This document shows, one piece after another, positions 57,479-64,000 of a stretch of DNA of 64,000 nucleotides. Source of the DNA: Poseidonia sp. Lineage in GTDB: Archaea > Thermoplasmatota > Poseidoniia > Poseidoniales > Poseidoniaceae. How positions within the stretch are numbered: position 1 is the first letter of the stretch; each line of letters opens with the position of its first letter. Where the stretch lies: positions 468,852-532,851 of the forward strand of contig CBFIDD010000001.1 of NCBI GenBank assembly GCA_965661285.1, read 5' to 3'. The position numbers and the translations under genes are program-made. The notes beneath the pieces were generated by a model that worked only from the letters and a program-made list of their open reading frames with translations, was not told where the DNA came from and did not search any database.

Positions 57479-60400
57479 ATGTCCACGAAGGCGACCAGCC
57501 TCGCTTTTGTGGGCTTGTTGCTGCTCTCCCTCTTCCCGTACACACCCTTCGATAACACCGAGGAGGTTTTTCGCCAACCGGCGCTTGGAGACGCCTTGTT
57601 TTCTGGCTTCACGGTTGGCGGTGCTGACGATGTTTGGAACCAAACGCCGTGGCAAAGCATCGCCGTGCCCGAGGGGTTCTCCTACGAATCCGTGATCGAC
57701 TACAGCGATGTTGGGGTGCTCATCAACAACCTCTCGGAAGAAAGTCGTACCATCGGTTGGGCCTTTGTCGCAGCGAGAAACATCTCGCTTGACCGCGTTT
57801 TCCTCTTCAACGCCTCGGGAACACCAACCGGCGAGACCATCAACAGAAACCAATTCACCACCTATTTCGCAACCCCCTTCCTCGACATGTTACAGAACCG
57901 CACCACGGTGAATGGACTCAACTACCTCGTCACCACCAAGGGGATGCCGCTGCGCGTTTCGGGCGGCAACAACAAGGCCAGTTTCGACCAAGAATTCTCG
58001 CTCTTGGGCGGGGCGTACAACAACTCCATCGGCGGTGATTATTGGGTCACCCACGGCTATGGACCGCTTGCCGGAAAGGCGATGGAACCGTTCACGCGAA
58101 GCAAGTACGGGTTCTTCCTCGTCACCCGACTGACCGGCTACACCGTCGACACAGCGCTCGGCCTTATCGAACGCGCCAACCAAAGTCTCGGACAGCGAGG
58201 CACCTTTGTCTTGGACTTGGCCACCAACCGAAACAATTCGGGCTACAAATTCTGGAACGACGACCTCTACACGGCCAACACAACGCTCAGCCAAGGACTC
58301 GGCTTGCCTGTTCAATTTGATGAAGAAACAGAATTTTTGACCAACATCTCCAACGTCATGGGCTACGCATCGTGGGGAAGCAACGATGGGAATTGGAACA
58401 AAAATTACCTCCCAAACAGCGGATTTGACACGCTGGACACCTCGTGGCAAAGCGGTTCGCGATACTGGACGCACACCTCACCCACCGTGTCGCCTGAGGA
58501 TGCGTTCAACTGGTCGTACCAGACGGATGTGAAACAAGGCGGTAACGGCGCCTTTGAAGCCAGCCTGCGCACCGACTGCGACCAGGACGGCGGAAAAGGC
58601 ATGCAGGGCATTTACGGCGAATATTTTGACAACGACGGCGTCAGTTTCAGCGCCTCAACCATGCCGTCGCTCATCGACCGAAGTCCCGACCGCGTCCAGG
58701 TAGAACCTCATCTCAACCACGGTTCGTCCAACAACGCCTACCCCGGGCTTGACGACCGGTTCAAGACCCACTGGGGAGCGCGCTGGAGTGGGCTAATCGA
58801 TGTTCCTGAGACCGGAAATTGGACCTTTTTCATCAACTCCGACGACGGATCAGAGCTTTGGGTCAACGGTGAATCTCTTGCGACCAATTACGGCATGCAC
58901 GGCATGCGTGAACGTTCAGGCTCCCTCAATTTGACCGAGGGGCTTCATGAATTCCGCATTGAGTTCTTCCAAGGCGGTGGACCTCACGGCCTCATTTTTT
59001 CCTGGCAGGGACCAAACACGAGCAAAGCCGCTGTACCGCCATCTGCGTTCTACGTCGCCAGCCATGGTGTACCCGAATCCTCGAGGCTCGTCCACCACTG
59101 GGCCTTTGAAGACGGTTCGGGAACAACCGCCCTCGACAACGGCACGGATGCGGCCAACATGACGCTGACGGGCATGGACAACAGCAACTGGAGGGCCTGT
59201 GCAGACGGTTCCTGTCTGTGGTACGACGGAACCAATGACATGGCAAAGGTGAACGTGGACGACTGGTACGGGAACATGACGGTGAGTCAGTGGGTTTGGG
59301 CGAACACCTCAGCGCAATCCACCTATGCCTCGACCTTTGCTGTTGACGACCAAGCGGGCTCGAACCTGTCCTTCCAGCACATGATCTCCAGCAATAAATG
59401 GCGATTGCACAACAACCAGACCAGGGTCTTTGGGGACGTGGTCGCCCAGCGCTGGACCCATCTCGTTACCGTGTTTGACGATGGTGATATTCGGCAGTAC
59501 ATGGACGGCGTCTTGGTGAATAACGGCGTCTACCCCAACGGCTCGTTCAACAACATCGACCTGTACAAATTGGGCGTTAATCGGGCTGGAAACGCCTACT
59601 TTGAAGGCATGATCGACGAAGTCATGGTGTGGGATGTTGCGCTTGATGACGATGACATCACCACGCTACGTCGCACCATTATCGACAATTGCACCTCGTA
59701 TTCGGGGGCCGGAAACAACGTCGCCTCACTTGAGACCACCTTTGCTGTGCCAAGCCACCTCATGGACCATGCATGGAACATCTACGTCTATGGAAAGCGG
59801 GACGGTGAAGTGAACGGTGCGTTCCGATTGCATGTCGATGGCGTGGACACCAACGGGACCGTTCTCTCAACCAACACCTCCAGCGTCAAGACGTTCACAA
59901 CAAGTTGGGCCACGCAAACCATGCGCATGCGACCGCATGCCAGTGCAACCGAGTTGACCATCAATGTTCAACTCGACATTGAATCAACCTCGACGGTGGG
60001 TTCGCTTTATGTCGATTCGGTGATCCTGAGAGCCATACGGCCGCACATGGATTGGGTCAACGGTTCCATCGCCGATACGGCCGTCTCCACGGGGGGGCGC
60101 TCGTTCAACTGGGGGACGAGTTATGGGCAGTCGCTCATTGCGGACCTTCTCGAAGACGGGGTGTCGGGTGTCAAAGGCTACGTCTACGAACCGTACCTCA
60201 CGGCCGTTGGCCTTCCCAGCACCTTCCTTCCGACCTATGCTTCGGGCTACAACCTCGCCGAGAGTCACGCTGCCGCCAACCTCTACACGGGTTGGATGGG
60301 CGTGGTGGTTGGCGACCCCAAAATGGCACCTTACATCGATGTCGTTCACGACGTCAACCTCCTCGGCGTCCGTAGCGTTGGCGACGTCAACCAAGGCGAA

Positions 60401-62773
60401 ACCACCACGATTGAAGTGGCTGTGGAGAACCTGGGGATGGCTGCGTCAAACGGCACGCTTGAGATTCGTACCGTTCTCGGAAACACCCTCCTGAACATGA
60501 CCCAACTCAACCTCCCTTCCGGAGATGCAGAGGGGAGCCGAACCACGGTGAACGCGACCGTGGTGCCGCCGACGGATGGCTTGCTCGATTTACGTGTCCG
60601 ATACACGAACGCAAGCCCGGAGAGAAACTATGGCAACAATCTCCTTTCGTTCTCTGTGGACGTCAATGCCCCACCGGAAATTCTTGACGTGTATTGCAGT
60701 GCTTCGGCGCTTTCTCGAGGCGAGTACACCATCTGTTCGGTGGAGGTGAGCGATGATAAGGGCGTCACGAACGTGACCCTCGACTGGCAAATTCTCGGGC
60801 AAAACGAGAGCGTGAACACGTCCCGGTGGTCCACGCTGTACATGGGGTCGGTAAGCCCCACGCTCTGGGAGACTTCCCTGGTGATCCCGACCGACGCAAT
60901 GCTCGGGTCGGTCGCGCTGCAAGCCTTCGCCCGAGACGCCAGCAACATGACGCACATCTTCCTCGTGGAGAACGCCACGCGTGTGGTTGACGCACCGCGA
61001 ACGTGGTACGGCATCCACGTATCAGGGGTGGACCCGCCCAGTTGGAACAACGCCTCAATGTTGCCCAACCGTCCTTCCGTTGGCCTGTACCGACACAAAA
61101 CACATGCCCTGACCGCTTGTGTCATGGACGCCGATTACGAAGCCAACACGCCTGCTCCGTTCTTTTTAACCTCAAGAGGCACTGTTGGAAACGCCATCCT
61201 TCTTCCACAAACTGCGGCTCATCTCTACTGCTATGAAACGTCAATTACCCTCGAAACCGGAAGCGGATTGGACGACGTGGACATTGAACTGCGCGACGCA
61301 GCTGGGTCACTGCTGCTCCAAAGAACCGTCTGTGTGGCCGATAAGGCCCCAGAGGTGATCGTCTCCGTGGAGTCTGTCTCGGGACAACCGCTTGACCGGG
61401 TTGTGGGCGATGGTGATGAATTTGTGCGTATTACGGTGGAGGATGTTGACGACCCGCATACACCCTTTGTGGGTGATCTCACCATCCAATGGCCGGGAGG
61501 CGAGCCCATTCAGTTGCCCCTCGACATCGCCGGGTCGGAGAATTCGACCGTCATCCAACTTGACCAGGTGTTGATTCCGCTCGAGGCGGGGGAACTGACC
61601 TTGAGCACCACGGGCCGCGGCCAACACGGGGCGACAGCCAGCACCACGCTCAACCTTCCGTTCCTTCTCACGCCGCCAAAGATTGAGATGTTTGAGGCGT
61701 GCGATGAAAACGGCGTGGTCCGCAACATGACCTTCGGTCAAATCGCCACGCTGGTGGTGGTCGTCTCGAGCGACCGACCGCTTCAGTCCACAACGGCACA
61801 ACTGACCCAATCGGGATGGGCCATCAACGCACCGACGATGGACGCCCCTGTTTGGGGTGAGGGCGAAGCCCCCGCCTCATGCAGCATGACCGGGGCTGAA
61901 ACGGATGAATGGACAACGTTGTATCTCCGACTCAAACTGGACAACTCGCTTGTGGACGGCCCGGGCAAGGTGATTTTCTCAACGGCAGACCTTGACGGAC
62001 TTGTCCGGTCTCAATCGCTTGAGTTGATGTTCCAGCACGCCCCGACCATGCTCGAAAACCTCACGTTCTCTGAGGCCACTCCGGGCCTTGACCTCTACAC
62101 CAACCTCACCGTGACTGATTTGGACGGATTGGACCGCGTGGTCTGTGCGTTCAACCTCTACGATGCCGGCGATGCCTTGCTGACGACATTTGTAACCCAG
62201 GCTGGCCCTGAGGGTGTCTTCACGAACGCATTGTCGTACCGTTATCCATTGACGGCCGGCCTGGCCAACATGACGTTGGAAGCGAACATCACCTGCCTGG
62301 ATAGTTTGCAGCAGTCGTTTTTCCTCAACGCCACGGTTGAAATCGGTGAGGCCCCCCAGTGCATCGATTGCAGCGCAACGGAAAATACAACGTCGCTACC
62401 GACGACCGAAGGGAGCGCATCAGACCTCACCTTCGTGCTGCCCTTGGCTCTGCTCGCCTCCATTCTTGCCCTAACAGGTTGGTTTGTGAGGCGACGGGGA
62501 GGCGTGCATGAGGATGCGGTTTGGAGCATGGGCGAAACCGAACCGATCGTCAACACCGAGATGTTGTTTGACAGCATGGAAACCGAAGGGCTGTTGGAAG
62601 CGACCGTTGAGGACGAACGTCCCGATATCGTACCCGAAGGTTGGTCCGTTGAGGATTTCAAGCGTTGGTTGGACGGCCCGGTTCCGGACGGTTGGTCGGA
62701 GGAACAGTGGGTTCAGTACGTCAAGGCGTCAACCTCGGCCTTGGAAACGCACGCATCCAAAGCGGAAGGGTGA
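57479..62773 (+). CDS. Giant surface protein: TIGR03790-like domain split by CBM-like/PA14/LamG insert, CARDB/Ig-like domains, TM, Trp-rich tail
   Basis: VTRLTGYT...GYASWGSND and IADTAVST...QSLIADLL...GYVYEPYL...GYNLAES...VGDP; PA14 SDDGSEL; LamG FEGMIDEV. Confidence 0.85.
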   Translation: MSTKATSLAFVGLLLLSLFPYTPFDNTEEVFRQPALGDALFSGFTVGGADDVWNQTPWQSIAVPEGFSYESVIDYSDVGVLINNLSEESRTIGWAFVAARNISLDRVFLFNASGTPTGETINRNQFTTYFATPFLDMLQNRTTVNGLNYLVTTKGMPLRVSGGNNKASFDQEFSLLGGAYNNSIGGDYWVTHGYGPLAGKAMEPFTRSKYGFFLVTRLTGYTVDTALGLIERANQSLGQRGTFVLDLATNRNNSGYKFWNDDLYTANTTLSQGLGLPVQFDEETEFLTNISNVMGYASWGSNDGNWNKNYLPNSGFDTLDTSWQSGSRYWTHTSPTVSPEDAFNWSYQTDVKQGGNGAFEASLRTDCDQDGGKGMQGIYGEYFDNDGVSFSASTMPSLIDRSPDRVQVEPHLNHGSSNNAYPGLDDRFKTHWGARWSGLIDVPETGNWTFFINSDDGSELWVNGESLATNYGMHGMRERSGSLNLTEGLHEFRIEFFQGGGPHGLIFSWQGPNTSKAAVPPSAFYVASHGVPESSRLVHHWAFEDGSGTTALDNGTDAANMTLTGMDNSNWRACADGSCLWYDGTNDMAKVNVDDWYGNMTVSQWVWANTSAQSTYASTFAVDDQAGSNLSFQHMISSNKWRLHNNQTRVFGDVVAQRWTHLVTVFDDGDIRQYMDGVLVNNGVYPNGSFNNIDLYKLGVNRAGNAYFEGMIDEVMVWDVALDDDDITTLRRTIIDNCTSYSGAGNNVASLETTFAVPSHLMDHAWNIYVYGKRDGEVNGAFRLHVDGVDTNGTVLSTNTSSVKTFTTSWATQTMRMRPHASATELTINVQLDIESTSTVGSLYVDSVILRAIRPHMDWVNGSIADTAVSTGGRSFNWGTSYGQSLIADLLEDGVSGVKGYVYEPYLTAVGLPSTFLPTYASGYNLAESHAAANLYTGWMGVVVGDPKMAPYIDVVHDVNLLGVRSVGDVNQGETTTIEVAVENLGMAASNGTLEIRTVLGNTLLNMTQLNLPSGDAEGSRTTVNATVVPPTDGLLDLRVRYTNASPERNYGNNLLSFSVDVNAPPEILDVYCSASALSRGEYTICSVEVSDDKGVTNVTLDWQILGQNESVNTSRWSTLYMGSVSPTLWETSLVIPTDAMLGSVALQAFARDASNMTHIFLVENATRVVDAPRTWYGIHVSGVDPPSWNNASMLPNRPSVGLYRHKTHALTACVMDADYEANTPAPFFLTSRGTVGNAILLPQTAAHLYCYETSITLETGSGLDDVDIELRDAAGSLLLQRTVCVADKAPEVIVSVESVSGQPLDRVVGDGDEFVRITVEDVDDPHTPFVGDLTIQWPGGEPIQLPLDIAGSENSTVIQLDQVLIPLEAGELTLSTTGRGQHGATASTTLNLPFLLTPPKIEMFEACDENGVVRNMTFGQIATLVVVVSSDRPLQSTTAQLTQSGWAINAPTMDAPVWGEGEAPASCSMTGAETDEWTTLYLRLKLDNSLVDGPGKVIFSTADLDGLVRSQSLELMFQHAPTMLENLTFSEATPGLDLYTNLTVTDLDGLDRVVCAFNLYDAGDALLTTFVTQAGPEGVFTNALSYRYPLTAGLANMTLEANITCLDSLQQSFFLNATVEIGEAPQCIDCSATENTTSLPTTEGSASDLTFVLPLALLASILALTGWFVRRRGGVHEDAVWSMGETEPIVNTEMLFDSMETEGLLEATVEDERPDIVPEGWSVEDFKRWLDGPVPDGWSEEQWVQYVKASTSALETHASKAEG

Positions 62774-62806
62774 TGTGCTAGCACCGCCTGTGGGCGACTG
62801 AGCAAG

Positions 62807-63043
62807 ATGGCGATTGGATACGTTCTCATCAATGTGCAACCGGGTATGGAACAACGCGTGTACGAGGGGGTCAAAGCGCTCCCGCACGTAACCGATGCTA
62901 CCGTGTTGTTTGGCGACCACGATCTCATTGTCAAGTTGGAAGCCGATGATTTGGCTACCATCGCAAAAGCCGTCGTGGAACATATTCGTTCTGTGGATGG
63001 CGTGGTCAACACCAAAACCCTCGCGGGCGCAGATCTCGATTAA
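62807..63043 (+). CDS. Stand-alone Lrp/AsnC ligand-binding (RAM) domain protein
   Basis: GYVLINV...LFGDHDLIVKL...IRSVDGVVNTKT, with no HTH. Confidence 0.9.
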   Translation: MAIGYVLINVQPGMEQRVYEGVKALPHVTDATVLFGDHDLIVKLEADDLATIAKAVVEHIRSVDGVVNTKTLAGADLD

Positions 63044-63191
63044 GCCTGTCAAAACCGGGCCACTGAGTAGATATCCGTTCAAAATACGCTCTCGGAATGG
63101 GGTACTGAGCGGCATATGTGGCGCAGTAATGCCTTTTTTCGGGGAAATCATTATATGCTCAACGGTACAAGGCGTACTCGGAGGTAATCCA

Positions 63192-63458
63192 ATGTCAGAC
63201 GGAAAGAAATACTTCGTTCTCATGGAGAACGGAAAAGACACGAGCCAGGTATTTGCGAGCAAACAACCCCGCGGTGCAGCCTTGAAGGCCGCAACCCGCG
63301 GACATGAGACCATCCGCCTACGAGAACGTGGCACCAAGCGTGTCCACGTCTTCAAGGGCAGCATCACGATGGTCCCAAAGCCTGCTGGCGGACCTGACTG
63401 GCTGCCAGATATGATCAAGAAGGCCAACGTCAAGAAGCAAGGCATCGAGCACCTTTGA
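63192..63458 (+). CDS. Non-histone chromosomal protein MC1
   Basis: FVL...VFASKQPRGAALKAATRG...IRLRERGTKRVHVFKG...PDWLP...ANVKKQG; GGAGGT RBS and TTATAT upstream. Confidence 0.95.
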   Translation: MSDGKKYFVLMENGKDTSQVFASKQPRGAALKAATRGHETIRLRERGTKRVHVFKGSITMVPKPAGGPDWLPDMIKKANVKKQGIEHL

Positions 63459-63654
63459 GTGCAGCCTGCTGCTGACCCTTCTTCCAGCTCTCTGAGTTGT
63501 ACAACGGCCTCTCCCGTGCCAAGGCATGGAAAAGGCCCCACCCCTTTCTTCACCCACCTCGTTAACGATGAGTTCATAAACACGGCCACACACTTCCAAC
63601 CGTCCTCCGGGACATGGGATGCACACCCGCTTCGGCGGGGGGCGGTGACGCCGA

Positions 63655-64000
63655 ATGAACAGACGAGAGATGCGAACGCCACAACCAAAGGCGCGTAAGC
63701 CAAGTCAAATGCGGCTGGCTGAAGAGAAACTCTCACTTCCTGCACGACTCACCCATCTTCGCCATCTTCCTTGGTTGTCATGCTATCAACGTCAACTCCA
63801 AACCGAAAACAAATCGGAAAACACACAAAAATCCTACTTTTACGGCCTGCGCCCGCTGATCGAGACCGTGCTGCCAGGCGAAGATGTGTTGAGTGAAGAG
63901 GCCTACAAACAACTGTCCATCGAAGCCCTCGCCGAACGCATGGAGCCGATGAAGGGACGATTGGACCTCTGGGCGCACAGCATCGCTGGCCTTCGGCCGA
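63655..64000 (+). CDS. Probable tyrosine recombinase (XerA-like), N-terminal SAM-like domain; 3'-truncated by window edge
   Basis: Not in the ORF track. The frame from ATG 63655 is open to the window end: ...YQRQLQTENKSENTQKSYFYGLR...LDLWAHSIAGLRP, resembling the integrase N-terminal SxxTxxxY motif. GGTGA RBS; catalytic domain not in window. Confidence 0.6.
   Translation, partial: MNRREMRTPQPKARKPSQMRLAEEKLSLPARLTHLRHLPWLSCYQRQLQTENKSENTQKSYFYGLRPLIETVLPGEDVLSEEAYKQLSIEALAERMEPMKGRLDLWAHSIAGLRP

Noticed and set aside
63555-63582. dif site
   Set aside because: Only a short palindrome; I could not see two 11-bp arms around a 6-bp spacer.
62729-63745. 338-aa minus-strand ORF and the 187-aa extension of MC1
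   Set aside because: The minus-strand ORF overlaps the Lrp and MC1 genes antisense. MC1 has its own RBS and ATG at 63192.
11047-64000. Integrated element running from tRNA-Leu to the recombinase
   Set aside because: The interval is full of core genes (tuf, rpsJ, polB, rps8e), and I saw no distal copy of the tRNA 3' end.

Overview
This is a GC-rich (roughly 58-60% by eye), gene-dense archaeal chromosomal segment. It carries EF-1alpha, uS10, eS8, SRP19, a GINS-like protein, PolB with a PIP box, Hjc, Lhr, MC1 and a presenilin homolog. These sit alongside bacterial-type FolC, RimK, RmuC and IlvE and several giant secreted CARDB/PKD/TSP3 proteins, a mix typical of Marine Group II Euryarchaeota (Poseidoniales); that assignment is an inference from gene content. 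I find about 48 protein-coding loci, one tRNA-Leu(CAA), and no rRNA, CRISPR array or clear mobile element. The window ends in the 5' part of a probable XerA-like tyrosine recombinase that the ORF track misses. The most unusual observations are: (1) a presenilin-family protease with a ~385-aa FG-GAP-bearing ectodomain inserted in the TM3-TM4 loop; (2) a SAP-domain single-pass membrane protein built like a DNA-membrane tether; (3) a 67-bp tandem repeat that reiterates the tRNA-Leu 3' end; (4) two giant surface proteins sharing a duplicated stalk but with different heads; (5) repeated nested domain insertions; (6) small aromatic-rich cytoplasmic tail modules; (7) two frameshifted genes and two structured or motif-rich intergenic regions. 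All family calls come from motif recognition by eye; no searches were run.
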